Shown: in pieces, positions 1 to 12,196 of the stretch
How the letters are laid out: each line of letters starts with the position of its first letter
Position numbering within the stretch: the stretch's first letter is position 1
Origin: Eledone cirrhosa
Taxonomy: Eukaryota
NCBI GenBank assembly: GCA_964016885.1
Contig: OZ024740.1
Location: 124,620,001-124,684,000 of the forward strand
Direction: 5' to 3'
DNA: 64,000 nt
Program-made: the position numbers and the translations under genes
Notes under the pieces: model-generated
The model's database searches: none
Seen by the model: only the letters and a program-made list of their open reading frames with translations
Told to the model about the DNA's origin: nothing

Positions 1-529
1 CTAGCTATATCATTTGACTACATGGACATTCCCATGCTGGCTAAAGAAATAGTTTTTGTTTGTGACTTGTTATGGTGGTAATATTTGCTTCCATCACTGT
101 CCTTTAGCATATATAATATATGTACCCTCGTTTTCAGAAGAGGAACATCATTTCCAAGCTTAGCACCTGGGTAGCTGGCACCTTAAGCCACCTCTACTAT
201 GTATCCTCGCCACACATCACCCAATTATGGACCTTATTCTGTGAAATAGAAAATAAGCAGCAAAGGTGTTCCCTGTTTTATTTATTGATGCAGGAGTATG
301 TTCATCATATTCAACATCATAAAAAATACCACCACTACTATCATCATCATCATAACTATAGTAATTGCAGTCATCCTCAATATCATTGTTATATATATAA
401 TAATGTTCAAAATGAAGTAAAAAACAAAAGCACAAACAACATTGATGTAACCACAATTTTTGTATTTATAGCAGATACCATTTTACCACCTCTTAAAATG
501 TTCACATTCAAAGTCAATATTATTTTTTA

Positions 530-3500
530 TTATTATTGTTGTTATTCCTTGAATCTCAGTCATTGATGTTGGTTAACTGGAAAGTCCGTTGGATTGAATA
601 TCAAGCCACTACCTGCAGCCTCAGATATTCAGGACGTATCGGAGGGTTCTTGCTGTTCCAAGCAAGCATGCCTTTTGAAGCGTTCCAAAAAGCGTGAAGG
701 GGCCGATTTTCTTTAACCATCCCTGGAAACTTTTGGAGATAGTCCCCAGTGCGCCTATGACAATCGGGATCACTTTGACTTCATGGCAGTTCCAGATCCT
801 TTTCACCTCCCACTTTAGGTCCTGGTATCGGTTAATTTTCTCCCTCTCCTTCTCTTGCACTCTCGTGTCGAACGGGCAGGCCACATCCACAATCAGACAC
901 GATCTTTTTTCTTTGTCCACAACCACCAGGTCAGGTCTATTGTGTTCCAGTTTTTTGTCCGTCTGTATCCTAAAATCCCACAGCACCTTCACCTGATTGT
1001 TCTCCATCACCGCCTCTGGCCTATGCTCATACCATTTCTCAGAATGTGGTAAATTGTTTACTTTGCACAGGTGCCAGTGGATCACCCTGCCCATCACATC
1101 GTGTCTCCAGCCCTTATAGTGGGTCTGGGCTAGGTGTTTACACTCGGACACAATGTGAGCCACAGTCTCCTCTCTCTCTCCACAGATCCTGCACAGTGGG
1201 CTAGCCTCCTCCTTGTAGATATGGTGCTTCAACCACTTCGTTTTGAGGGCCTGCTCCTGCGCAGCCATTAGCATTCCTTCTGTAGCCTTTTTGAGGTCTC
1301 CTCTTCTCAACCAGTTCCATGTCTGTGGATCTCTAAATTCAGTTTTCTCAAAGAAGGTACTATGAAGGGATTTTCCCTTAAGGCTGCTCTTCCTCCTTGA
1401 TGTTATTTCCTCCTTGGACATCCCCTGGCCTACTGTCCCCTCCTTCAGTACAGTTCTGAGCATTGGCTCCTTACTATAGGTCACGTATTTGTATAGGTTG
1501 TTTTTCTCCATCTGAACACAGTCCTCTATGCTGATAAGACCTCTTCCACCCTCAGATCTCCTTAGGTAGAGTCTATCGACATCACTCCTCTTGTGGAACA
1601 TGTTGTAGATAGTCAATAGCTTCCTAGTCTTCCTATCCATTTCTTTTTGTTCAGCAACATTCCATCTCAGAATTCCCGCACTGTACCTATTAATAGACAC
1701 AGCTCGGGAATTTACTGCGCTTATGGCATTTCTGCTGTTCAGATGTGACTTCAATACGCTCCTTACTCTCCGAATGTATTCAGTTCTTAACAATTCCTTC
1801 ATTTTTTTGTTCTTTATGCCATCAGCCTCCAGAACGCCCAAATACTTGTATCCTTCCTCAGAGTCAATTTCCTTTATCATCTCACCTGTTGGTATCTGGA
1901 TCCCGTTACTTCTGCTCAACCTACCCCTCCTCATCACAATGACTCCACATTTACTAATACCAAACTGCATACATATATCACTGCTGAAAATACGGACAGT
2001 GTCAACAAGCACATCCAACTCCTTCTCACTTTTCCCGAAGAGCTTAAGATCGTCCATGAAGAGGAGGTGATTGATGGTAAGCTCTCCCCTTCCCAACTTG
2101 TATCCTGCTCTCACTTTTCGCAGCATAATGGTCAAGGGCATCAGGGCAAGGACAAACAACAGAGGGGACAGGCTATCTCCCTGGAAGATACCTCTCTTGA
2201 TCTTCACGCTTTCCAAGGATACTCCAGTTGATGTCAACTCTGTCTCCCAGGACCCCATACTCCTGCCTAGCAACTGTCTGATGTTATCTGCCACCTTGGA
2301 GATCTCCAGGCTTTTGGTGATCCAGGAATGGGGCACCATGTCAAATGCCTTTCTGTAGTCTATCCATCCCATGGCAAGATCAGTGTGTCTCCTCCTGCAA
2401 TTCCCCATTACCATCTTATCAATAAGCAACTGGTCCTTTGTACCACGTGACTTCTTTCGGCATCCTTTCTGTTCGTCCGGTAACAAGTTGTTTGTGTGGA
2501 GGTGATGGTAGATTTCCTCAGACACAATGCTCGTCAACAGTTTCCACATTACGGACAGACATGTGATAGGTCTATAGTTGGTAACATCATTACCCTTGAT
2601 TCGGTCTTTCATTATCAGAACTGTGGTACCTTTTGTCAACCACTCTGGCACCTCACCCGACACCAAGCAGTCATTGAACATGGCCGTCAGCTTCGGGTGG
2701 AGGGATGTTAAATGTTTAATCCAATACCCCTGCACACCATCTGGGCCTGGTGATTTCCAGTTGGTTAGTTTTTTGGCCTGCCCCTTAAGAGTTTCAACTG
2801 TGATAATCAACTCAGCTTGTTGTTGTGCCTGCTCACCGATCTCCCTCTGTACTGTCTCAATCCACCCTGCCTGGGCATTGTGTCTAACATCCTGCTCCCA
2901 TATTCCTCTCCAGAATGTTTTAGTTTGCTCCGCCCCAGGGATCAAGTCGTTGCCTCTTTCTTTCCCCTCAAGCTGTCCAAACAGCATCTTCTGGTTGTTG
3001 TCGAACATGCGGTTCTGTTTATACTGACTGACTCTGTTTTCGTATCGCCTGATTTTTGCACTCTTTGCTACAATGCGTTGCTTCAGTTCCTCTATGATAA
3101 TATTTAGCTTTTTACTCCTAGTTTTGTATTTTATTTCCAGTCTATTTTTAGTGCCTATGTTTTTTAGTGTCCCATTCAGTAGTGACTCAAGCTTTCCTAT
3201 GTCATTTCTCATTTCCCCGATTTGCCCACTCAGTCGCTTCTTCCACCACGGCTCTGCTCTTTCTTGTCTGTTGTTTCCTCTCGCTTTTATACCAAGTAGT
3301 TTCCTCACCGTATTTGCTGTTGCTTTGAGGATATTGTTGCACTGGTGAAGGCTCCTCGCCTCAAGGTATGGGATGACTTTGTTTACCTTAGCTGTTGTTT
3401 CTTTTAACTTTTTCCTGTCTACAAATCTTAGGTTCATAGGTCTCCCACTATCATTGTTCAATTCATCTACCACTAAATTTAGGATGTCAACCGAATCTTG

Positions 3501-4270
3501 TCCTAGCCCGTCAGCATTCATCTCCTCAGTAGCCGTATCTCTGTTCCAGGTATTATGTATCTCAGTATTCAGATCATTGACTGCTTCGGGTGGTTCCTCC
3601 GTTCTCAGGACCTCTTCACCTTCATTTCCCACTGGCTCGCTTGTCTGGCATACTACACCCGCCATCTCCAAGCCATTCTCTCTGCTCAGTTCCTCCAGTT
3701 CCAGCTCGCTTATCCATCCATTAGTTCTTATTACCCGAGCCTGCCCGGCCAATTTTTGTTCATCTAATTTAAATAAACCAATCTCGTTCCAGATGTTATG
3801 CATCCGTCTCCTGTAGCCCCTCTCCTTGGGGTTACTTTTCAGGTAACATTGCATAACAGTTCTATTCAATTCTTTCGTCCAGTTGGTTCTGGCCCCTTTC
3901 CTTCTTCTCCTTCCTCCAACATCAGCAGTATTTGGTTGACAGTCAGGTTCCTGCTGCTGAGCCAGGGGGCACCTGTTGGGTGAGAGTCTGTCACATGACG
4001 TTCTAGACTCCATTTCACCGTTATTCGAACTGTTTATGTTCGATATTTAAACACTCTTATCGAGGATTGGCGAATGTATGGTTACATATCCATCTGTGGA
4101 TCCGCCATTCCACTTGGCCCTTGTGTGGCATTATCACCACGCTGTATACGAACACACATAAACAAACAAACACACGGGCAGAAAGGGCCCCAAAAATGAA
4201 TAAGCATAAGTTTCATTGTAATGTGATGTTCGAATGTCTGACTTAGTTTTTGTTTTTTAAGTTTTAGTTT
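530..4270 (-). mobile_element. Probably full-length R4/Dong-like retrotransposon inserted in a (TAA)n microsatellite
   Basis: ORF 621-4013, ~250-nt 5' leader (4014-4270), ~80-nt 3' UTR, and (TAT)n repeats on both sides (~519-545 and 4270-4291). Confidence 0.85.
621..4013 (-). CDS. Reverse transcriptase / restriction-like endonuclease polyprotein of an R4/Dong-clade non-LTR retrotransposon (uninterrupted 1130-aa ORF)
   Basis: N-terminal Myb-like segment (WTKELN...CY...GYRRRMHNIW); RT motifs KSPGPDG, NYRPITCL, IDYRKAFD, QGDSLSPLLF, LLFMDDLKL, YKYLGV; CCHC knuckle CRICGEREETVAHIVSEC; RHD; PD-(D/E)xK nuclease RPDLVVVDK...IVDVACP...EK..RY; ends GALG...LLGT. Confidence 0.95.
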   Translation of the reverse strand: MESRTSCDRLSPNRCPLAQQQEPDCQPNTADVGGRRRRKGARTNWTKELNRTVMQCYLKSNPKERGYRRRMHNIWNEIGLFKLDEQKLAGQARVIRTNGWISELELEELSRENGLEMAGVVCQTSEPVGNEGEEVLRTEEPPEAVNDLNTEIHNTWNRDTATEEMNADGLGQDSVDILNLVVDELNNDSGRPMNLRFVDRKKLKETTAKVNKVIPYLEARSLHQCNNILKATANTVRKLLGIKARGNNRQERAEPWWKKRLSGQIGEMRNDIGKLESLLNGTLKNIGTKNRLEIKYKTRSKKLNIIIEELKQRIVAKSAKIRRYENRVSQYKQNRMFDNNQKMLFGQLEGKERGNDLIPGAEQTKTFWRGIWEQDVRHNAQAGWIETVQREIGEQAQQQAELIITVETLKGQAKKLTNWKSPGPDGVQGYWIKHLTSLHPKLTAMFNDCLVSGEVPEWLTKGTTVLIMKDRIKGNDVTNYRPITCLSVMWKLLTSIVSEEIYHHLHTNNLLPDEQKGCRKKSRGTKDQLLIDKMVMGNCRRRHTDLAMGWIDYRKAFDMVPHSWITKSLEISKVADNIRQLLGRSMGSWETELTSTGVSLESVKIKRGIFQGDSLSPLLFVLALMPLTIMLRKVRAGYKLGRGELTINHLLFMDDLKLFGKSEKELDVLVDTVRIFSSDICMQFGISKCGVIVMRRGRLSRSNGIQIPTGEMIKEIDSEEGYKYLGVLEADGIKNKKMKELLRTEYIRRVRSVLKSHLNSRNAISAVNSRAVSINRYSAGILRWNVAEQKEMDRKTRKLLTIYNMFHKRSDVDRLYLRRSEGGRGLISIEDCVQMEKNNLYKYVTYSKEPMLRTVLKEGTVGQGMSKEEITSRRKSSLKGKSLHSTFFEKTEFRDPQTWNWLRRGDLKKATEGMLMAAQEQALKTKWLKHHIYKEEASPLCRICGEREETVAHIVSECKHLAQTHYKGWRHDVMGRVIHWHLCKVNNLPHSEKWYEHRPEAVMENNQVKVLWDFRIQTDKKLEHNRPDLVVVDKEKRSCLIVDVACPFDTRVQEKEREKINRYQDLKWEVKRIWNCHEVKVIPIVIGALGTISKSFQGWLKKIGPFTLFGTLQKACLLGTARTLRYVLNI

Positions 4271-4291
4271 TATTATTATTATTATTATTAT

Positions 4292-5606
4292 TTGCATTTA
4301 TCTTGCTTTATGTTTATACGAGTTATCACCAAGTCACAACCAGTGGCCTCAAGAGACAACAAGGTCCGCCATGTTCAAGAAAGAACACACATATTCACAC
4401 ATGCATCCTTAGTGTTTAGACTTGTGATGTACTTATATTGACAGGATCTTCCTTAGTATATGGGCAGTTCCCATTAGTACTATCTTTTGTATTTCTCCTA
4501 TACGCGGGTTTCCTGGGATTTGCGATAAGTAGTCGTTAGACCCCTTAGGTATCATTCCCAGAGCGCCTACAACCACTGGTATTGTTTTAGTTCTCAATTT
4601 CCACATTTTTCCAATTTCTCTCTCCAGGTCCTTATACTTGCTCAATTTTTCAAATGTTTTTATAGATACATTCTTGTCTATTGGAACAGACATAACAATT
4701 AGCAGGCATACCCTCCTTTGAAAGTCCTTCAATATTATATCAGATCTATTTGCATCTATTTTTCGGTCTGTTTGGATGCTAAAGTTCCACAAGATTGAGA
4801 TGTGATCTTTTTCAAGTATGGGAGGTGGTTGATGCTCCCACCAATTCTTTTGATGGGGCAGGTCAAAATGCTTGCACATTATCCAATGTATGTATTGTGC
4901 AGCTCTGTCATGCCTGTTTAGGTATTCGGTTGGAGCTATAGGACTGCACATTGAAATTATATGGTCAATGGTCTCTGGTTGTTTTTTGCATACACGGCAT
5001 AATGGGCTGCACCCATTTTTTTATTATGTTGGCTTGGTAATTTTTTGTTGGCAGACACTGATCTTGTGCGGACATAATCAGTCCTTCAGTCTCCGATTTC
5101 AGTCCAGAGGATGCCAACCACTGATGGGTTAAAGTTTTGTCAACATCAGGATTGTTAGCTCGCTCTGGGTATTTTCCATACAGAGGCTTTTCTTGCCATT
5201 TCTTAGCCAGTTTCTGTAGCAGTTCTTTCTTTGCAGTTACTTTTACCTGCTTTGCTTTTTCTGTGTTTTCCATTTCAGCAGTAAATGGGACTTCTGAAAT
5301 TTGTAGTCCATTACTGTATCTTTGTGCATCTTTTGTAATGGAATATGATCTTTTGGTGCTTTCGTGTTTCAAAACGAGTTTGATCATCCAATCATGTGAT
5401 TCCCTTAGATATGTGGATAATCCAATCGTTGCAGTTTTCAACGCAATGTCTAACTGGATTAACCCACGTCCTCCTTCTTTCCTAGGGAGATATATTCTAT
5501 CTATGTCTGCCTTAGGGTGATGCATTCTGTGCATGGTTAAGAATTTTCGGATTTTTGTATCGAGCCTACGGATCTCTGTGCTTGACCAGTTGATGACATT
5601 GTAACT

Positions 5607-5609
<3 letters not shown>
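4292..5609 (-). mobile_element. 5'-truncated, frameshifted R4/Dong-like element of a second family
   Basis: ORFs 4965-5534 (RIYLPRKEGGRGL, LKSETEGLIMSAQDQ) and 4433-4951 (RHD, NRSDIILKD, GALG, LMGTAHILR) are homologous to the C-terminus of the 621-4013 protein but diverged; bounded by (TAT)n at 4270-4291 and 5609-5640. Confidence 0.9.
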
Positions 5610-5639
<30 letters not shown>

Positions 5640-5641
<2 letters not shown>

Positions 5642-8055
5642 GGCGAAAGCGATAGTATGGTGGATGCATCTGAAAGGGCTGAAGATGAGCACTTACCTCT
5701 TCGGTGATGCCCTGATTAACTTTTTCAAATTTCATTTGAAAAGGAAAATCATGGTAGAGAGGGAAGTACTCCCTTCCCAGCATTTTGTTGAAAGATGGGT
5801 GAGAGAGGCAAGAATGGCCCGAGTGAATGGGCCTGCTCTGAATATGTGCCTGTAAATTGAGGGTGGAAAACTGGGAGAGGGCACATGCCCTGGTGGTCAG
5901 AGTCACCGTGGCATTTTTAATGGGCTTTCTCCACGATGGCCCTCAGAAGAACCGATTGGATTTCCCGAATGTGCCGATGTGGACTTGGAGAAACCGCATC
6001 GGGTCATCCAGATCATATCTAGATAGAGTATTTTGTAGAGAAATAGATACGTCTAGCATAGGCTGTCCACAACTCAAGATAGTCAGCTACACGGACCACA
6101 AATTTGTGATCTGTGTGCTTGACTTAGATAGGCTTCATAGACGAGGACCCGGCTATTGGAAGTTAAACGCATCCTTACCAGCGTGCAAGGCCTACAGAGA
6201 CAGGATTAGCGAACTAAGTGAGCATTGACGGGGCCCATCGTCAACAATAACAAGTGTTGGTTTGCTCTTAAAAGAGCGATTAGAATAGAGTCCTTTAGGT
6301 TTAGTAAGGCTTTAGCTATAGAGAAAAATAAAGCAGAGGGAGAACTAGTTAGAAAATTAGATGAGGCGCTTAGCAAAGGCATCGCGATCTACGTACTTAC
6401 GGCGAAATTGGCCCTTGACCAATTCTTCAATGCAAAGCACGAAGGCTGCGTTGTCAGAGCTAGGGTGCGTGCTCTCAGACACGAGGGGACGAAAGCCGTT
6501 CAATGGGCCCGAGTGGAGGAGGCGCGTCGTGGCAACAAAGCCACGATCTGGTCTATGGTGGAGCATGACGGGCGCATGCTACTCGATCTCGGGAAAATGT
6601 GTGAAGCTTTTCAGCGACACTTCGCTCAGCTGTTCGGGGGAAGCAGCGGTCCAGATCGAGGGATAAACTTTAGTTTCTACCTCGACGGACTGCCGCGGTT
6701 CTCGGCCACTGAGGCGGAGTGTTGCGGAAAGCCGATAACAGCCGCTGAAGTAAGGGAGGCAATGACTGGCTGCACTAGGGGTAAACCGCCTGGTTTGGAT
6801 GGTCTGCCCTATGAACTTTACGTACAGATGCTATCCCTGAAAGGTCGAGCGGAGGTGGCTAACGCGTACATCGCGTCCGTCATCTACTACCGCCTGACCG
6901 TCGTACCTTGTCCTAAGCCCCGCCTGACTGTGCTGTAGCGTTTGCTCTTTCGCTTTTTGTGGGAGAGACGCGCTCCGATGGTCAGGCGGTCCATCTGCTG
7001 TCAACACCCGCTCAGGCTACGACATCTCCACCTCTTCCTCGACGGTGATCAGGTGTGGTCGCCGTTTACTAGACACGTCTTTCCCCATCTCGTCTCCTTG
7101 ACGGAGCTGCAGTCCTGGTCAAGCGAAGACCGAGAGGCGAGCGCTTGGAGAATGGAATCTCTTCAGGCGCTCACAGACATCGACCAATCGAGCAATGTGA
7201 TCGGTGGAAACTCCACCTCGGAGTTCTATAGAGGATTAGTGGAGGGGAAGAGCGACGACGTACTTGGGGAAACTCTAGGTGTCGACGAAAATCAACTAGC
7301 CAATCTCTTCGGAAGAACTTTCGGGCCGGGGCCTATGGACAACTTCCAGAAATCCCTGGCCTGGCAGTGCTACCGAAGAGCTTTGCCAGTTCGGGATAAA
7401 CTCTACAGGCATGTCCGAGATGCGTGCAGGGCGACGAAACCGTCCCGTACGCACTCGTCCAGTGTCCGAGCATTGCTGACTTGAGGGTTTATGTCGAACA
7501 CCTGTGGTCGCATGTAGGATGCATCCGGCTATTAGCTGAGTCCATCGTGAGGATTGCCCCGCCCTCTTCCTTTAGCTGGGAAGGGCAGGCAGTTTTTATC
7601 TGCCTGGTGGCCATGGCGAAAGAGATAGAATGGTGGACACGTTTGAAAGGGCTGAAGACGAGCACTTACCTCTTCGGTGATGCCCTGATTAACCTTTTCA
7701 AATTTTATTTGAAAAGGAAAATCAGGGTAGAGAGGGAAGTGCTCTCTTTCCACCATTTTGTTGAAAATGGGTGAGAGAAACAAGAATGGCCCGAGTGATC
7801 TATAAATTAAAGGTTGTAATATGGGAGAGGGCACTTGCGCTGGTGGTCAGGGTCACTGTGGCCTTTTAATGGGCTTTCTCCAGAAATGTCCCTCGGAATC
7901 TCCCCCCTATTGGGGAATTTTTCATTGTTATTTTTTGTTACATCCTCTGTTTTTGTTTTTTACACGCAGAAATACCCATTTGTACCGTCCTGTATTGTCC
8001 TGCACTATCCTTAATGTCTACTTTATGTAAACCCTTGTGGTTAATAAAGAAAGCA
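5640..8055 (+). mobile_element. Degenerate Tx1/L1-clade LINE, internally deleted, preceded by a second copy of its own 3' end
   Basis: APE C-terminal motifs (SYLDRVF, TDH, GPGYWKLNASL), KPPGLDGLPYELY, LSLKGRAEVAN, C-terminal ETVPYALVQCP; 5641-5944 repeats 7614-7894; AATAAA at 8043 followed by (ATT)n. Confidence 0.8.
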
Positions 8056-8080
8056 TTATTATTATTATTATTATTATTAT

Positions 8081-8430
8081 TGTTCTTTGAGTCTCAGTCA
8101 TTGATGTTAGTTAACTGGAAAGTTTGTTGAAATGAATATCAAGCCAATACCTGCAGCCTCAGATATTCAGGATGTATCGGAGGGTTCTTGCTGTTCCCAG
8201 CAAGCATGCCTTTTGAAGTGTTCCAAAAAGCGGGGCGGGGCCAATTTTCTTTAACCATCCCTGGAAACTTTTTGAGATAGTACCTAGTGCGCCTATGACT
8301 TCATGGCAGTTCCAAATCCTTTAAGTCCTGGTATCGGTTAATTTTCTCCCTCTCCTTTTCTTGCACTCTCGTGTCGAATAGGCAGGCCACATCCACAATC
8401 AGGCATGATCTTTTTTCCTTGTCCAAAACC
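8081..8430 (-). mobile_element. 3' fragment of the R4/Dong family of 621-4013
   Basis: Aligns by eye with 545-925 (endonuclease C-terminus plus 3' UTR) with two small deletions; (ATT)n on both sides. Confidence 0.9.
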
Positions 8431-9764
8431 AATTATTATTATTATTATTATTGTTATTATTATTATTATTATTATTATCGTTGTTGTTGTTGTTGCCATA
8501 TTTATTCAGCCAGCAACACATCTCAACATTTCAATACCATTAAACTCAACAGCATGTTTGTTTCTTTTGTTTTTATTTCCAACATCACTTGTATATTCAA
8601 AATGTGCTTAAATATATTTTTCTATTCCATTATTGTTTTTATAAGCAAATGCATATACCTCCTTTTCCACTATCTTCTCATCCTCTTTCACTCTCCTCCT
8701 CCACTCTCGTAAGGCTTTATTTGCAAGACATTTGTCATGCTTATTTCTCTTGCTGTTATTGTTGTTGTTTATTTTTCTCTAAGCCAGAGTTCCTTGTTAC
8801 ATCATTAATATTGGCAAGTTCTTGTTCTTTCTTAAGTGTTTGTACATCAACAAAAATTAAGTCTTCTGAGAATTACTGTCATACTATAAGTCAAACACAA
8901 ACAATGATTATTTTATGCATATATCTAAATACACACACATACAAAAAACATACACAAACACACACACAGATATTTATATATATAAATACATGTATATACA
9001 TATATACACATGCATATATATATATGCACACATACATATTTATACATACATTCACTTAACATATATTGATGCATATATTTCTATATACATATATATACGT
9101 ATGCACTTATATGCATACACACATACGTATGTATGTATGTATACATGAATACATGTATGTATGTATGTATGCATGTATATATGCAAACATGTCTTTTGTG
9201 TGTGGGCATATTATAAATATGACTATTTCCTGGCAAACATCTTAAAAAATATATTCCACTCATATTCTTTATAGAAATAAACAGATTTAGTTTTATGTCT
9301 ACTTAGATATTAAAAACAGAAGGAGAAAAACAAAATAGAAAAGTATTACAAAAAAAGAATAATAAAAGTGGTATAGAAGTATTTATTGTCTGCATTGTTT
9401 AGTTGTTGCTGTTAATGTTGCTGCAATCTTTTTTCATAAGTTGATTATCTTTAGTTTTTATTCAAAGCAAGCAATAATATTTAATATTTCAGTTTCAACA
9501 CATTCAAAATAAAAGGTAACATGACAAATAAAATCCTTAATCTTCATAATCTTCTCAGAACCAATTAACAAGGATTAATACATCAAATTGTTTGAATTGC
9601 AGCATAAAACTATAATGAAATATAATGAAATATTCCTTTTCACAGAATAAAGTGAAAAGCCAGCACAACACAAGTAAAATGGCATGAAAAGAAAATTCAC
9701 ACCCTATCAAGCAGTGATGATGAAGATAATAATAATAGCAATAATAATAATAATAATAATAATA

Positions 9765-10118
9765 CCTGATTGTGGATGTGGCCTGCCCATTCGACATGAG
9801 AGTGCAAGAGAAGGAGAGGGAGAAAATTAACCAAACCAGGACTTAAAGTGGGAGGTAAAAAGGATTTGGAACTGCCATGAAGTCAAAGTGATCCCGATTG
9901 TCATAGGCGCACTAGGTACTACCTCAAAAAGTTTCCAAGGATGGTTAAAGAAAATTGGCCCCGCCCCGCTTTTTGGAACACTTCAAAAGGCATGCTTGCT
10001 GGGAACAGCAAGAACCCTCCGATACGTCCTGAATATCTGAGGCTGCAGGTAGTGGCTTGATATTCATTTCAACAAACTTTCTATTTAACTAACATCAATG
10101 ACTGAGACTCAAAGAACA
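9765..10118 (+). mobile_element. 3' fragment of the same R4/Dong family, opposite orientation
   Basis: Reverse complement of 545-898 and 8081-8403; (AAT)n on both sides. Confidence 0.9.
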
Positions 10119-10146
10119 ATAATAATAATAATAATAACAATAATAA

Positions 10147-10237
<91 letters not shown>
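10147..10237. repeat. (TAG)n microsatellite
   Basis: Perfect trinucleotide run directly after the (AAT)n tail of the Dong fragment. Confidence 0.98.
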
Positions 10238-10719
10238 TTTATTAGTTATCATTTTTCTGTGATTTTTTTCAATAAATCTGTCTTAATTTTTGTTTTAATC
10301 AATATTGTTGTGTTTATTTCTTTATTGTTTCCTAATCTTTATATTGCCTGCTCTCTCTAAAGAAAGAAAAGAAGATTGTGGACCAAAAATACGAAATAAA
10401 TTGAAACAGAAAACAAATTTTGTCACAATACCAATAACTTTAATAATAGTAATAATATCAGCACTGCAAAAAACAAACAAAACACCGAGAATATTAAAGA
10501 CACAAAACTAGTAATACATGTTAACAAAATAACAGTTATATCATTAACTAATCAATAGAAATAATACAGGATAATAAAAAATGCTCATAATAAATTTCAT
10601 TATACAAACTTCGACTTCGTTTTCCAAGATAATTGTGTACGTTTCTATCGGTTTATTAATTACAAAAATTTAGAGCCTTATTTTACATCAATTTCCTTTT
10701 TTTAATTTTTGATCATTGA

Positions 10720-10824
10720 ATGGCTGCATTCATGATCCATTTTAGAGATTCCCAGACTTCTGAGAAGGCAGTAGGTAAGAAAGTATCCTTGAAACGAAGA
10801 TCTTCTTTAAATTCGTGCAAAAAA
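10720..10824 (+). CDS. Candidate first coding exon of an unidentified host gene
   Basis: ATG-initiated 35 open codons (MAAFMIHFRDSQTSEKAVGKKVSLKRRSSLNSCKK) ending in phase 0 at a consensus donor GTAAGT (10825). No recognisable homology. Confidence 0.35.
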
Positions 10825-12038
10825 GTAAGTGCACTCTACTACAAACACCCAACACCCAGATAGTGGGGTTAATGGAGATTATGTGTGTGATGTAAGGAGT
10901 AATAGGCTGAAAGGGAAATGAGAATGAAAGTGGCAGCTACATGGTGGTTGTTGGTAGCAAGTTGGAGATTCAGTAGAAAGTAGCATGAGCAATGCGATGG
11001 GATAACAATAAGAATATGTCATGGTGGGAAAGCGAGTGATGTATAGGAAAAGCACAATTTGATGGTTAGTGATTGTGGTAGAGTTCAATTAAGTCTTGTA
11101 TACAGGTAAATGATGGATATTACGATATGGGTGATGATAAGTGAAAATGGTAATTATATATTAGATATAGTCATTACTAATATCTTGTAATCTTACAAGC
11201 TAGGTGCAGCATGCATATTCCTTACTGTGTAATGACATGTATGGATGCAGTTTGTATGGATGACAACAATATGCCTTGTATTATGAAGCTAACTCATACA
11301 ACATGTGATTAATATTGTTACACATTAATATATACATTTAATTTTTAAAGAAGCAGATATTTTGCCTGTCTAAAATTAATATCTCATCCATTTACTGAAT
11401 TATGCATTGAATTCCATTTATGAAACTAACATTTTTATAAAGATTTGGAAATCATATTTAAGAATTGAATACCTATATATTTAATATTTAGCATTGGTAT
11501 GTGCTGCCAATTTTGCCTATCCAGACACCATGTTTCTAAAAAGGATATTATTGGTGTATCAGGAATATATATATATATATATGATGAAATGAAACATCAA
11601 AACAGTGATGTAAATCATTTAGCCAACAGAATATGGAAAACCTAACTAAATGATCAGCATTCATTACACAAATATTTGTATATAAGGTTGATTAGCCCAG
11701 GTCATCCATGATCAAAGGCATTCAGTCATGACAACCTATGGTTTTTCTAACATAATATATAATCGGTTTACACTATCCAATGCTTCAAATGTTTTTCTTT
11801 TTAATTTTAGATGGGATTTATCTGAGAAAATTTGGCTACTATTTATTGCATCGAATACACATATAGAGACTTCATAATTGATTAATAATTCCATAACTTA
11901 AATATTAATGGCATGGTGCACCTAGCTGCTACAAGACACATAAGAAATGGCAGCTATAATATACACACACATATATATATATATATATATATTTTTAGGT
12001 TCTAACAATATTGTGGAATTTTTAATGTTATTTGTTAG

Positions 12039-12196
12039 CTTGCAAAACCAGTTTCAATTTCTATTGTGGAAAAGCTGCTTTCAATAGTCCAGCATACTGT
12101 CCGGAATGGAAGAGTGTACATTATCTCTCACCTAATTAATGTTATAGATTTCAGAGATAAGAATATACCCGGAATGAAAACTTCAACATTTCAGAA
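12039..12196 (+). CDS. Candidate internal exon, phase-compatible with 10720-10824
   Basis: T-rich acceptor ...TTATTTGTTAG, open in phase 0 (LAKPVSISIVEKLLSIVQHTVRNGRVYIISHLINVIDFRDKNIPGMKTSTFQ), donor GTAAGT at 12197. Confidence 0.35.

Noticed and set aside
120-566. 148-aa His/Tyr-rich ORF and possible exon at ~138-240
   Set aside because: Largely (CAT)n/(TAT)n low complexity; no consistent splice pair or recognisable domain.
694-3983. Many plus-strand ORFs of 60-150 aa
   Set aside because: Antisense shadows of the Dong ORF.
4020-4090. GGCGAATG resembling the HDV ribozyme J4/2 strand
   Set aside because: Antisense to the element, and no P1/P2/P3 pseudoknot could be built.
8371-9263. ORFs rich in Y/I/H/T (also 15279, 29646, 30770, 43012, 45545, 57068, 61576-62601)
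   Set aside because: Translations of (TA)n, (CA)n and (TAT)n microsatellites.
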